DNA of 64,000 nucleotides from an uncultured Erysipelotrichaceae bacterium (GTDB lineage Bacteria; Bacillota_I; Bacilli_A; RFN20; CAG-826): NCBI GenBank assembly GCA_947166565.1, contig CAMVEL010000007.1, positions 7,323 to 71,322 of the forward strand, read 5' to 3'. Shown piece by piece: positions 1 to 9,314 of this stretch (position 1 is its first letter; each line of letters starts with the position of its first letter). The notes under the pieces were generated by a model. It saw only the letters and a program-made list of their open reading frames with translations, ran no database searches and was not told where the DNA came from. The position numbers and the translations under genes were made by a program.

Positions 1-2054
1 AGGTTCCCATCTTTGAAAGAAGTTTCCAAATTAGCGAGGGCCTCATTCATTATCCGAAGCCCGTCATTGGAAGTCGGCACCATATTTCCGTTTCCATCAT
101 CCTTATAGCTATACGGGATGAACCAATTGCTTTTTTGGGTATCCGCGAGGATTTTGCTCTTGGTTTCGTAATCTTTTGTCATCTCGTCCTTTAAGGCCTT
201 TGTGTAGCAAAGAGAGCTAGGCATTAAAGTCAAATAGGATTCTTCGGTAGGTCTAAGGACTCCAACGATTTTGCAGCTAAAGGCGTTGTGATCTTCGTGA
301 TAGAAGGCTTCCATGTCGTTTGGCCCCCTAAAGACCTTTATCTCTTTGGGGCTGGATTCATCGTGGGTTCCGACAAATTTCAAAGTGGAGGTATCCGGAA
401 CGCCATTGTTGATGGTTCCCTCTAAATAAACGTCGCTCCATTGTTCCCTATATTGGAGGAAGGGGTTTTCCAAAGCATAGAAATCGGAATTCCTATAGCA
501 TTTATATTCCTTGAATTTTGTGTCCTCAGGCCCGGAATAGAGGATATCGGAGAAATTGAAGGCTTTCTTTTCGTCGGAAAGTTCAGCATAGCTTGATTCG
601 GAAAGAATGCCCAAATACCTTAGGGTAGAGAATTCGACGCGATTGAATCTATCGACCACGAGAACAAGTTCATCTTCTTTTTCAGGCATGCGTCCCTCGA
701 TTACCTTGTAATAATGATCGAGAAGGTTTTCGTCGCCATAAAGCTCATGGATGATGGTTCCTGGAATAGAGGCATAAGAAGATAGCATGCTGCCAATGGT
801 TCCGGCGTTTCTTGAAGCGTTTATATAAATTACCTTACCCATGTCGCCGTTTTCGGTATAAAAATGAAAGTCGAGGCCTTTTCTATTCTCCAAAATGGAC
901 ATCGCGGTTCCATAGGCCGGGCATTTTGGGTCTTCGACGATGGCGTTCAAATAGTTTAGATACTCCCTAGAGAAAACGTTTTGATGGGAAACATAGGAAC
1001 TATAACTTGTATCGTAAACCCGGAGTTTACCATCGTCTGGAAATTCGTTAAGGCTATTGTAGTTGTCTTTGTTATTTGATCTTGAGGAATAGGTGGTTGG
1101 GGAAATTGTTATAGGAACAGAGCTGCCAACAGAGGTTTCGACGTTGTTAACGTATGTTCTAAAGCCGTTTGAGGCACCTAGAACAAGGCAAACGCCGATT
1201 ACTCCAATTGAGCAGGCAATTGCAGTTACGATATTTCTCCCTTTCTTTAGGAAAATGTTTTGGAAGGACGTTGCAAAGGCCGACCAAATAGGCATTTTGG
1301 ATTTCCCAAGCCCTTTGTTTTCCTTGGGAGCTTCTCCGGTTGCTTCCAGCCTATTGGAATCAGAAGCAATTTTGCCGTCTTCGACAACAATGATTCTGTC
1401 CGCGTATTTTTTGGCGAGGACCTCGTTATGGGTGACAACCAAAACAAGCCTATCCTTTGATAATTCCTTAAGGAGTTCAAGGATTGTAACCGAGGATTTG
1501 CTATCGAGGGCTCCGGTGGGCTCATCGCAAAGAATAACCGAAGGATCGTTTATTATGGCCCTAGCTATAGCCACCCTTTGTTGTTGCCCGCCAGATAGTT
1601 CGCCAGGTTTTTTCTTGAGATCTTCGTTTAGCCCTACTTTTTTTAAAGCGGTTTTTGCCTTAGCTGTTCTTTCTTCCCTTTTTGTTCCGTTTAAAGACAA
1701 CGGGAGGGTGACGTTCTTTTCCAAAGAATATGAAGAAACCAAATTATAGCTTTGGAAGACAAATCCAATGTGTTTGTTCCTATAACTGTCCCAATCCGAA
1801 GGAGAAAAATCCTTAGTGGAGACACCGTCAATCAGCAAATCGCCTTCCTGAAAATGGTCGAGCCCCCCAATTATGTTTAACAAAGTGGTTTTTCCTGAGC
1901 CAGAAGGACCCAAAATAACCACAAATCCAGTTCTTGGAAGGGAAAGGTTAACGTCTTTTAACGCCTCAAAAGAAATCTTGCCTGTCCGGTATTCTTTTTT
2001 GACTCCCCTTAGTTCTAGGAGTATATCGTTATTTTTCTCTTGGCCAGCGCTCAT
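1..2054 (-). CDS. MacB-type ABC transporter with an N-terminal ATPase fused to an FtsX-like permease. The 3' end runs off the window.
   Basis: The minus-frame translation begins MSAGQEKNNDILLELRGVKKEY at 2054. It carries Walker A GPSGSGKTT, the signature LSGGQQQRVAIARA, Walker B ILCDEPTGALD, TM segments and a large extracytoplasmic domain. There is no stop before position 1. The listed plus-strand ORFs 1093-1749 and 1260-1460 are antisense artefacts. Confidence 0.85.
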   Translation of the reverse strand, partial: MSAGQEKNNDILLELRGVKKEYRTGKISFEALKDVNLSLPRTGFVVILGPSGSGKTTLLNIIGGLDHFQEGDLLIDGVSTKDFSPSDWDSYRNKHIGFVFQSYNLVSSYSLEKNVTLPLSLNGTKREERTAKAKTALKKVGLNEDLKKKPGELSGGQQQRVAIARAIINDPSVILCDEPTGALDSKSSVTILELLKELSKDRLVLVVTHNEVLAKKYADRIIVVEDGKIASDSNRLEATGEAPKENKGLGKSKMPIWSAFATSFQNIFLKKGRNIVTAIACSIGVIGVCLVLGASNGFRTYVNNVETSVGSSVPITISPTTYSSRSNNKDNYNSLNEFPDDGKLRVYDTSYSSYVSHQNVFSREYLNYLNAIVEDPKCPAYGTAMSILENRKGLDFHFYTENGDMGKVIYINASRNAGTIGSMLSSYASIPGTIIHELYGDENLLDHYYKVIEGRMPEKEDELVLVVDRFNRVEFSTLRYLGILSESSYAELSDEKKAFNFSDILYSGPEDTKFKEYKCYRNSDFYALENPFLQYREQWSDVYLEGTINNGVPDTSTLKFVGTHDESSPKEIKVFRGPNDMEAFYHEDHNAFSCKIVGVLRPTEESYLTLMPSSLCYTKALKDEMTKDYETKSKILADTQKSNWFIPYSYKDDGNGNMVPTSNDGLRIMNEALANLETSFKDGN

Positions 2055-2119
2055 AAACACGGTTTAGACACTGTATAAAGTATAGCATAGCGCGCGCTAC
2101 GCGGAAGAGGTCTTTTGTT

Positions 2120-2575
2120 TTATTTGCGTCTGACTTTGAAAAACTCGTCTATTAATTCTTTGCTCTTATCTGCCAAGACCCCTCGATAAATCAAAGGCGA
2201 TGGATAAACTTTGGCGGAAAATGGGTCTATTCCATTGGAAAAAGCCCCGAATTTGGGATCGTCTGCCCCATAAACCAAGGTAGAGATTCGACTTTGAGCA
2301 ATTGCGCCTGCACACATTGGGCAAGGTTCTAATGTCACGATGAGTTCACACCCCTCGAGTTGCCACCTTCCTAATTTCTTAGCAGCTTCCTCTAAGGCAA
2401 GTATTTCGGCATGCCCGGATATTTTGTTTTTCCCTTCCCTCACATTATGGGCAGAGGCAACGATTTCTCCGTTTTGCAAAACGACGGCGCCAACCGGAAC
2501 CTCTCCTTTCAGAGAAGCTTTTTTGGCCTCTTCCAAGGCTAGTTTCATAGCTTCAATCGTTTCCATATATTCCAT
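2120..2575 (-). CDS. tadA: tRNA-specific adenosine deaminase TadA
   Basis: CDA-fold motifs HAEILA and PCPMCAGA are present. The 189-aa TTG-started ORF (2120-2689) carries a 38-aa extension that covers an SRP RNA, so the start is set to ATG 2575 (MEYMETIEAMKLA). A GGTGG RBS lies upstream. Confidence 0.9.
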   Translation of the reverse strand: MEYMETIEAMKLALEEAKKASLKGEVPVGAVVLQNGEIVASAHNVREGKNKISGHAEILALEEAAKKLGRWQLEGCELIVTLEPCPMCAGAIAQSRISTLVYGADDPKFGAFSNGIDPFSAKVYPSPLIYRGVLADKSKELIDEFFKVRRK

Positions 2576-2577
2576 TA

Positions 2578-2692
2578 AAACAAAACCACCGCACAGGGGA
2601 CAATGGTTTAAGGCTGCTTGGTTCCCCACCTGACCTGGTTCGTCACTATCTCCTCGCGATGGCGGAGAGATTTTACCATATAGAACCAATTA
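2578..2692 (-). ncRNA. ffs: Small 4.5S-type signal recognition particle RNA (ffs/scr). Boundaries are approximate.
   Basis: The minus strand reads GAACCAGGUCAGGUGGGGAACCAAGCAGCC. This matches the universally conserved SRP domain IV CCAGGUCAGGUCCGGAAGGAAGCAGCC. The GGAA tetraloop is retained and there is a compensatory CC/GG to GG/CC swap of the closing pairs. A U-run (UUUUGUUUU) ends it just before the tadA ATG. Confidence 0.6.
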
Positions 2693-2801
2693 TTGTGATA
2701 CCCATATTTATGACTATTAATAAGTTTTTATGAACGATTGGAAACAATCAAAAAACTTGCAATTTAAGGATTTTTATCTGATTTTTGCGGATTTTTCTAT
2801 T

Positions 2802-4067
2802 TTATTCTTCTTGTTCAAATAAACCGCGTTTAATGTTGGCTAGCATTAGCTTCAAACGGTTTTCCTGATTAACTTGAGTTGACGAAGCGTCGAAATCCAA
2901 AGGAATGATGTTGGCGTCTGGGGCCAAATTCTTGACGGGCCTAATCATGCCCTTTCCGACTATATGGTTCGGAAGGCAGCCGAAAGGCTGAACGACAACG
3001 ACGTTTTTGACGTCTCCCGTAACATAGGCAACCATCTCGGCCGGAATAAGCCAGCCTTCACCCATCTTGACTCCATCGGAAATAACTTTTTTACCTTGTT
3101 CAAGAACATATTCGAAGTCTTCATAAGGATCGAACCCGCTTCCAGCCATTGCCTTAGCTTGTTTTCTTGTAGCTCTAAGGAAAGCCTTATAGGCCAAACG
3201 GAAAGCGGCAACGGTGGCTTTTCCTTGCCCGTATTTCCGATAATCATTGATGTTGTTATAGACACAATAGAGACAAAATTCCCCGAAAGAGGGATAAACG
3301 ACTTCGCAATCTTGGGATACGAGGAAATCGGCCAAGTGATTATTGGCATATGGGCTATATTTAACATATATCTCGCCAACGATTCCGACCCTTGGTTTTC
3401 TATTCTCCCTATCCGGTTCTAATCCTTTGAAGTTATTGAGGATCATCTTGTAGTTTTTGCTCGTTTGATAAAAGGAATGGTGCCCTATTTCGGAAATGAG
3501 GGTATCCATTGAATCCCTCAAAGCTTTTTGGACCTTTTCCTTATCATGATATGGTTCGGCTTGGTCTTTTAGGTTCATTAACATGTCGCCATACATAATC
3601 GCATGGAGCATCATCCTTAATTCCGTAAGGGTTAAAGGAATACTAAATAGTTTTTCTAGACCAGAAAAATTGATGGATAAGACAGGAACTGTCGGAAATT
3701 CTTTTTCCAACGCCTTCCTAATTAGGGAAATGTAATTTGATGCCCTGCAGCCTCCGCCTGTTTGACTCATAATGACTGCGGTTTTATTCAAATCGTATTT
3801 CCCGGTTTTTAGTTCGGTGATAAATTGACCGGTTGTGATAATAGCCGGATAGCAAGCATCGTTTTGGACGGTTCTAAGCCCTTCGTCTTTTGCTTCTCTT
3901 CCCATAGGGGGAACAACAACTACATTGAGTCCGCTTCTATTGACGATATTTATGAAAAGCTCGAAAGTAATCGGAAGCATATCAGGAGCGATAATCGTGT
4001 AATGCTCCTTACGAAACTTCTTCCAAAGGGCTTTTCTTTCCTTTTTTTCCGCTTTCTTGGGGTTCAT
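2802..4067 (-). CDS. HgdB/HadC-like subunit (DUF2229-type partner of the CoA-substrate-specific enzyme activase). It resembles a 2-hydroxyacyl-CoA dehydratase / double-cubane-cluster protein.
   Basis: It is 421 aa with conserved Cys (GGGCRAS, FGCLPNH, CLYC). It overlaps the upstream activase gene by 4 nt, so the two are translationally coupled. Confidence 0.7.
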   Translation of the reverse strand: MNPKKAEKKERKALWKKFRKEHYTIIAPDMLPITFELFINIVNRSGLNVVVVPPMGREAKDEGLRTVQNDACYPAIITTGQFITELKTGKYDLNKTAVIMSQTGGGCRASNYISLIRKALEKEFPTVPVLSINFSGLEKLFSIPLTLTELRMMLHAIMYGDMLMNLKDQAEPYHDKEKVQKALRDSMDTLISEIGHHSFYQTSKNYKMILNNFKGLEPDRENRKPRVGIVGEIYVKYSPYANNHLADFLVSQDCEVVYPSFGEFCLYCVYNNINDYRKYGQGKATVAAFRLAYKAFLRATRKQAKAMAGSGFDPYEDFEYVLEQGKKVISDGVKMGEGWLIPAEMVAYVTGDVKNVVVVQPFGCLPNHIVGKGMIRPVKNLAPDANIIPLDFDASSTQVNQENRLKLMLANIKRGLFEQEE

Positions 4068-7009
4068 TTTTTATCCCTTTCTTTTGCGTCTTCGACCGCA
4101 GCAACCAAGGAACGAAGACGAATGCGGACCGCTCCAAGGTTATTGATCTCGTCAATTTTGATTTGGGTATAAAGCCTGCCGGATTCTTCCAAAATTCGCC
4201 TAACTTCATCGGATGTAATGGCATCGACGCCACAACCGAAGCTAACGAGGTGGACGATTTCCATGTCTTTCTGGGTCTTAACGAAGTTTGCGGCATCATA
4301 AAGCCTTGCGTGATATGTCCATTGATTCAAAACGTGGAGTTTTTCTCTTTCTGTGTTGTAATCAAAACAGTCCTCGGACAAAACCGCGACGCCCATTCCA
4401 TCTAGAAGCTTGTCGACGCCATGATTGATTTCCCTATCGACGTGATAAGGCCTTCCGACCAAGACGATCATTTCCTGATTGTTTTCTCTGGCGGTTTTGA
4501 TAATCTCCGCGCCTTTAGCCTTAACGTCGGACCTATATCTTATTTCTTCATCCAACCCGATTTTGAATGCACGGGCCACTTCTTTTTTCGAAATCCCGTG
4601 TTTCTTTAAGGCGGAATAAAGGGTTTCGATTGTCTTTTTGTCGTTATTTAAATCAACGAACGGGTCAAGGAAGTTGTCGTCGCTCAGCCTAGTGTCGTTT
4701 CGTTTCAAAAGCTCACCATAATAAGCAACGACGGGGCAATTGTAATAATTGTCGCCTCGCTTTTCGTTAATGTTATAGGATTCCGAAGGATAGAAGATGA
4801 AATCTACGCCTTGTTCCAATAGATAATCAATATGCCCGTGCATTATCTTTGCGGGATAACAAGCCGTATCGCTAGGAATAGTCTTTTGGCCTCTTCTATA
4901 CAGACTTCTTGTGGAGATTGGACTTAATTCTACGGCGAATCCGAGTTCCTTGAAGAAGGCATCCCAGAGTGGAAGTTGTTCATACATGGCCAAGGTGAAA
5001 GGCAGACCGACTTTTCCCTTTGTGGCTTCTTTATCCGGATAACGTTGCAACAAACGCTTTCGCTTATAGTGATAAATATCGAGCGAGTGGTTCGCTTTGG
5101 GCTTTCCTTCACCTTTTTCACATTTGTTTCCAGAAATATAGACCCCGCCTTGAGGGAACCTAAGAATTGTCAGATTGCAATGTGATGTGCATTGCTGGCA
5201 ATTCGTATGGGCGGTCGTGTAAGTGAAGTTGTTGAGGTCTTCCAAAGATATAAGCCCACCTTTACCGCCTTTTTCTTTAGCGTATAACGCGGCTCCAAAG
5301 GCTCCCATCAATCCGGCAATGGATGGACGGATGACTTCATGCCCGATTTCCATTTCAAAACATCTAAGGACGGCGTTATTTAAGAACGTTCCGCCCTGGC
5401 AAACTATCCTTTCGCCAAGCTCGGTAAAGTTTCTAACCCTAATAACCTTGTATAAGGCGTTTTTAATGACAGAACGGGAAAGGCCCGCGGAAATATCTTC
5501 GATAGTAGCTCCGTCTCTTTGGGCTTCCTTAACGGAAGAATTCATAAAAACCGTACACCTACTACCTAATTCCACCGGATTTTTCGCATAAAGACCGAGC
5601 TTTGAGAATTCCTCTACGCCATATCCTAGCGCAGAAGCGAAGGAAGAAAGGAACGATCCGCAGCCAGAAGAGCAGGCCTCATTTAACATAATGGAATCAA
5701 TCGCCCCATTCCTAATTCGGAAACACTTTATGTCTTGCCCTCCGATATCGATGATGAAATCAACGTTAGGTTCAAAGAATTTCGCGGCTTTGAAGTGGGC
5801 GACCGTTTCGACTAACCCGTAATCGACTTTTAAGGAATTCTTGATGAGTTCCTCGCCGTATCCCGTGACCGCCGATCCTTCAATTTTTAGGTCTTTTGTG
5901 CCCAAACGGTATATTGTTTTGATCTGAGCAACGATCTTTTCTATAGGGAGACCATTGTTGGGTTCATAATGCGAATAAAGGATGCGATTATCTTCTGATA
6001 GAAGAACGATTTTGGTAGTTGTAGAGCCTTCATCAATACCTAAATACGCTTTGCCTGAATATGTTTTGAGGTCTGCGGTCTTAACATCAAAATCCTTGTG
6101 GCGTTTCAAGAAGGCCTCAAAGTCCTTCTCATCGGAGAAAAGGCGTTCTCCCGTTATGATTTGACCAGCGGTTTCCGCGTTTAGAAGCTTATTTTTCACA
6201 TCCTTTAGTTCCATGACTTCGTCACGGCGTTTTGCGTATAACGCGGCCCCTTTAGCCATGAAGGTGGAGGCGTCTTCTGGAAAGAAAGCGTGCTCTTGGC
6301 TTAGTTTTAATCTATCCATGAAGGCTCTTCTAAGGCCTTTGAGAAAGAACAACGGCCCTCCAAGGAACAAGACGTCGCCTTTGATTTCTCTTCCTTGGGC
6401 AAGCCCTGCGATCGTTTGGTCGGCAACCGCATAGAAAATTGATAGGGCTATATCTTCTTTTTTGGCGCCTTGATTAAGGATTGCTTGAATATCGGACTTG
6501 GCGAAAACACCACATCTAGAGGCGATGGGATATGCTTTTTCGGCCTTTAAGGCCATTTCGTCCATCTCGGGAAGAGAGATATTAAGAAGCGTGGCCATCT
6601 GGTCGATAAATGCCCCGGTGCCTCCCGCGCATTGCCCGTTCATTCTTTCTTCGACTCCGCCGGTAATAAAGATGATCTTGGCGTCTTCTCCACCTAATTC
6701 GATCGCGCAATCGGCGGTTGGGAAGAGTTTTTTGATGGCCAAGAAAGCGGATTCGACTTCCTGAACAAAGGGGAGGTCAGCTCTTTCCGATAATCCAAGA
6801 CCAGCAGAACCCGTTAAGGAAACCTTGACCTGAATATTGCCTAATTTCTGTTCGATTTCGGTTAGTTCCTGAAGCGCGGTCTCCTTAACTTTTGAGCCAT
6901 GCCTTACGTAATTTGCGTATAAACAGTTGTTATCAACGTCTAAAACCACGGCTTTCACCGTGGTCGATCCGACGTCTATTCCTAATGTATATACGGGATT
7001 ATTTTGCAT
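4064..7009 (-). CDS. Fused CoA-substrate-specific enzyme activase. It has two BadF/BadG/BcrA/BcrD (HgdC-like) ASKHA ATPase domains plus a C-terminal HgdB-like Fe-S domain.
   Basis: Two phosphate-1 motifs are present (LGIDVGSTTVKAV and LGIDEGSTTTKIV). Activator-type cluster cysteines (ACSSGCGSF) are present. A C-terminal CQQCTSHC motif is present. The protein is 981 aa. Confidence 0.8.
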   Translation of the reverse strand: MQNNPVYTLGIDVGSTTVKAVVLDVDNNCLYANYVRHGSKVKETALQELTEIEQKLGNIQVKVSLTGSAGLGLSERADLPFVQEVESAFLAIKKLFPTADCAIELGGEDAKIIFITGGVEERMNGQCAGGTGAFIDQMATLLNISLPEMDEMALKAEKAYPIASRCGVFAKSDIQAILNQGAKKEDIALSIFYAVADQTIAGLAQGREIKGDVLFLGGPLFFLKGLRRAFMDRLKLSQEHAFFPEDASTFMAKGAALYAKRRDEVMELKDVKNKLLNAETAGQIITGERLFSDEKDFEAFLKRHKDFDVKTADLKTYSGKAYLGIDEGSTTTKIVLLSEDNRILYSHYEPNNGLPIEKIVAQIKTIYRLGTKDLKIEGSAVTGYGEELIKNSLKVDYGLVETVAHFKAAKFFEPNVDFIIDIGGQDIKCFRIRNGAIDSIMLNEACSSGCGSFLSSFASALGYGVEEFSKLGLYAKNPVELGSRCTVFMNSSVKEAQRDGATIEDISAGLSRSVIKNALYKVIRVRNFTELGERIVCQGGTFLNNAVLRCFEMEIGHEVIRPSIAGLMGAFGAALYAKEKGGKGGLISLEDLNNFTYTTAHTNCQQCTSHCNLTILRFPQGGVYISGNKCEKGEGKPKANHSLDIYHYKRKRLLQRYPDKEATKGKVGLPFTLAMYEQLPLWDAFFKELGFAVELSPISTRSLYRRGQKTIPSDTACYPAKIMHGHIDYLLEQGVDFIFYPSESYNINEKRGDNYYNCPVVAYYGELLKRNDTRLSDDNFLDPFVDLNNDKKTIETLYSALKKHGISKKEVARAFKIGLDEEIRYRSDVKAKGAEIIKTARENNQEMIVLVGRPYHVDREINHGVDKLLDGMGVAVLSEDCFDYNTEREKLHVLNQWTYHARLYDAANFVKTQKDMEIVHLVSFGCGVDAITSDEVRRILEESGRLYTQIKIDEINNLGAVRIRLRSLVAAVEDAKERDKK

Positions 7010-7010
7010 G

Positions 7011-8291
7011 TTATTTCTTTATAGGCTTGATAACTTCCAACCCACCCATGTATTTTCTTAAGACCTCAGGAATCAAGATAGATCCGTCTTCCTGTTGGCA
7101 TTGCTCAACAAGCGCGGGGAAGATACGCGAAGTCGCTAAGCCAGAACCGTTTAAGGTGTGGCAGAAATGCATTTTGCCATCCTCTCCACGATATCTGATC
7201 ATGCCTCTCCTCGCTTGATAGTCGCGAGCGTTGGAAACGGAAGAGACTTCTTTATAAATGCCCATGGAAGGAATCCAAACCTCAATATCATAGGTCCTAG
7301 CCATCGAATGGGAGCAATCCCCCGCGGCCAATTTATCCAATTGATATGTAAGTCCAAGGCCTTCAACAAGTTTTTGGGCTTTCTTGACCATCTCTTCGAA
7401 AGCGGCGTCACTACCTTCTTCGGTGGTGTATTGGACCATTTCAACTTTGTTGAATTGATATCCGCGAATCATGCCGCGTTCTTCGGTACGGTAACTGCCG
7501 GCTTCCTTTCTGTAGCAAGGAGTATAGGCGAAATATTTTCTTGGGAGGTCTGACTCGGAAAGGATTTCGTCGCGGTGGAGATTAACGAGCGCGGTTTCCG
7601 CGGTCGGAAGGATGAATTTACGGGGTTCGGTTCCTTCTAGCCAGAAAACGTCTTCCTCGAATTTTGGGAATTGTCCTGCCGTATAGCCCGAATTGTAATT
7701 GAGGATATGGGGAGGCAAAATCATCTCATAGCCATCGGCAAGGTGGGTTTCGATGAAATAATTGAGTAATGCCCATTCTAATCTGGCACCCAAATTGGTG
7801 TAGATCCAGGTGCCGTTCCCAGAGATCTTTGCGGCCCTCTTATAATCGATTAAGCCACAGGATTCACATAGATCAACGTGGTTCTTGGGAGTGAATTTCA
7901 TGGAATTCGGATCACCGAATTTGTAGATTGGGTGGTTGTTTTCCTTACCACCGGCGACAAGGTCATCATCTGGGATATTCGGCAAGACCTCAAGGAGGGC
8001 CTTAAGCTCTTCCTCAATCTTCTTAAGTCTTTCTTCGCCTTCCTTGTTTTCAGCCGCCAAAGCTTTCACGCGAGCGAAAATCGCTTGCACGTCCCCTCCG
8101 TTTTTCTTGACTTCGGGTACGGATTTGGATAATTGATTCTGCTCAGCCTTGTTGGCTTCGGTCTTTTTCAAGACGACAAGTCTTTCTTCAGCAAGGGCTT
8201 GGATGGGCTTTGGATCAAAATCCCATAGTTTTTTGGCAAGGGCTTCCTTTACACCCTCGGGGTTTTCAAGGATTCTTTTCAAATCAATCAT
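7011..8291 (-). CDS. serS: Seryl-tRNA synthetase
   Basis: Class II aaRS motifs, an N-terminal coiled-coil arm, and full-length similarity to SerS. Confidence 0.95.
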   Translation of the reverse strand: MIDLKRILENPEGVKEALAKKLWDFDPKPIQALAEERLVVLKKTEANKAEQNQLSKSVPEVKKNGGDVQAIFARVKALAAENKEGEERLKKIEEELKALLEVLPNIPDDDLVAGGKENNHPIYKFGDPNSMKFTPKNHVDLCESCGLIDYKRAAKISGNGTWIYTNLGARLEWALLNYFIETHLADGYEMILPPHILNYNSGYTAGQFPKFEEDVFWLEGTEPRKFILPTAETALVNLHRDEILSESDLPRKYFAYTPCYRKEAGSYRTEERGMIRGYQFNKVEMVQYTTEEGSDAAFEEMVKKAQKLVEGLGLTYQLDKLAAGDCSHSMARTYDIEVWIPSMGIYKEVSSVSNARDYQARRGMIRYRGEDGKMHFCHTLNGSGLATSRIFPALVEQCQQEDGSILIPEVLRKYMGGLEVIKPIKK

Positions 8292-9300
8292 GGCTTTTGG
8301 CCTCCTTTTTTTCGCTTAATAGCAAATTGTATACAGATTGGAGAAACGCTCCGCTGCGTTCGATTGAATTCTTCTTCGCAATCGCGAATGAAGCGTGGGT
8401 CGTTTCCTTTCCTTCGCCTTCGTAGATTTCCTCTAGAAATTGGAGAAGGGCGTCTTCCTTTTTGGCGATTTTTCCAGACACCCCATTGATTAATAAGGGG
8501 TTAAGGTCTTGATTACCGAGGGCGATGACCGGGGTTTTGGCCGAGAAGGCCTCCATCATTCCCGTGGCATCCGGAAGTTTGGAAAGCATCAAGTAGGCGG
8601 AAGCGTGTTTCATTGCGCTGCGATAGACATCATCGCTTAAGACCCTCGATATCTTAAGGTTCTTAGGGGCCTTATTCTTATAATGCCTCACGAGGAATTC
8701 CGCGTAACGGGGTGCGTATCCTAGGAAATAGAAACGCATCTTCGGCATCTTCTTAGCTAAGGAAAGAAGGGTTCTTAATTTCTTGGTTTCATAGAAATTC
8801 CCGGTGATTAAGACATATTTTCTTTCCTTGGAAACTCCGAAATAACGAAGGAAGAGGACGGATTCTATGTCGCTAAGGACGAATCTATCAGGGTTCACGG
8901 AAGGGTGCGAAACGAATATTTTGGATTTGATTCCGTTCTTTTCGCAGAATTTCTTAAGGGGGATCGAAGGGACGAGGACGGCATCCGCCTCATTGAGCAT
9001 CTTCTTGGCTTTTGGTCTAAGAAAGAATTGCCCCTTCGGATCCGCGATAAGCATTCTGGCATCCAAATCCCTTTCGCAGTAGAAGGCGGAGACCACGGTC
9101 TTGACGCCTTTGGCTTTCATTCTCCTCATAAGACCCAAGTCTTTATCGGAGACGAAGTGCGCGATATCGGGTTTGGAATACCTGTTATCGACCCATTCGA
9201 TGCCCATGGATTCGCATTCGCCTTTGAGGGTTTTCCTTAAGCGGTCACCCTCAAAAGCGTCGCGGTTCGAATTTGGTTGGTAATAGACGAGAACTCGCAT
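8284..9300 (-). CDS. GT-B fold glycosyltransferase (GT4-like)
   Basis: The C-terminal domain carries the EX7E-like region TGMMEAFSAKTPVIALGN...GVSG. It overlaps the serS start by 8 nt. Confidence 0.6.
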   Translation of the reverse strand: MRVLVYYQPNSNRDAFEGDRLRKTLKGECESMGIEWVDNRYSKPDIAHFVSDKDLGLMRRMKAKGVKTVVSAFYCERDLDARMLIADPKGQFFLRPKAKKMLNEADAVLVPSIPLKKFCEKNGIKSKIFVSHPSVNPDRFVLSDIESVLFLRYFGVSKERKYVLITGNFYETKKLRTLLSLAKKMPKMRFYFLGYAPRYAEFLVRHYKNKAPKNLKISRVLSDDVYRSAMKHASAYLMLSKLPDATGMMEAFSAKTPVIALGNQDLNPLLINGVSGKIAKKEDALLQFLEEIYEGEGKETTHASFAIAKKNSIERSGAFLQSVYNLLLSEKKEAKSHD

Positions 9301-9314
9301 TGAGCCCCCACTCC

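Noticed and set aside
1093-2067. Plus-strand ORFs of 218, 66 and 64 aa inside the first 2 kb
   Set aside because: They are antisense or alternate-frame to a clearly conserved MacB-type ABC transporter gene on the minus strand, and they have no RBS or family signal.
2576-2689. The N-terminal 38 aa of the listed tadA ORF (MVLYGKISPPSRGDSDEPGQVGNQAALNHCPLCGGFVL)
   Set aside because: The stretch starts with TTG and is unlike any TadA N-terminus. The DNA instead encodes the conserved SRP RNA domain IV on the same strand.
7011-8291. T-box leaders for serS and lysS
   Set aside because: serS overlaps the upstream glycosyltransferase gene, so it has no leader. lysS has only about 75 nt upstream, which is too short for a T-box.
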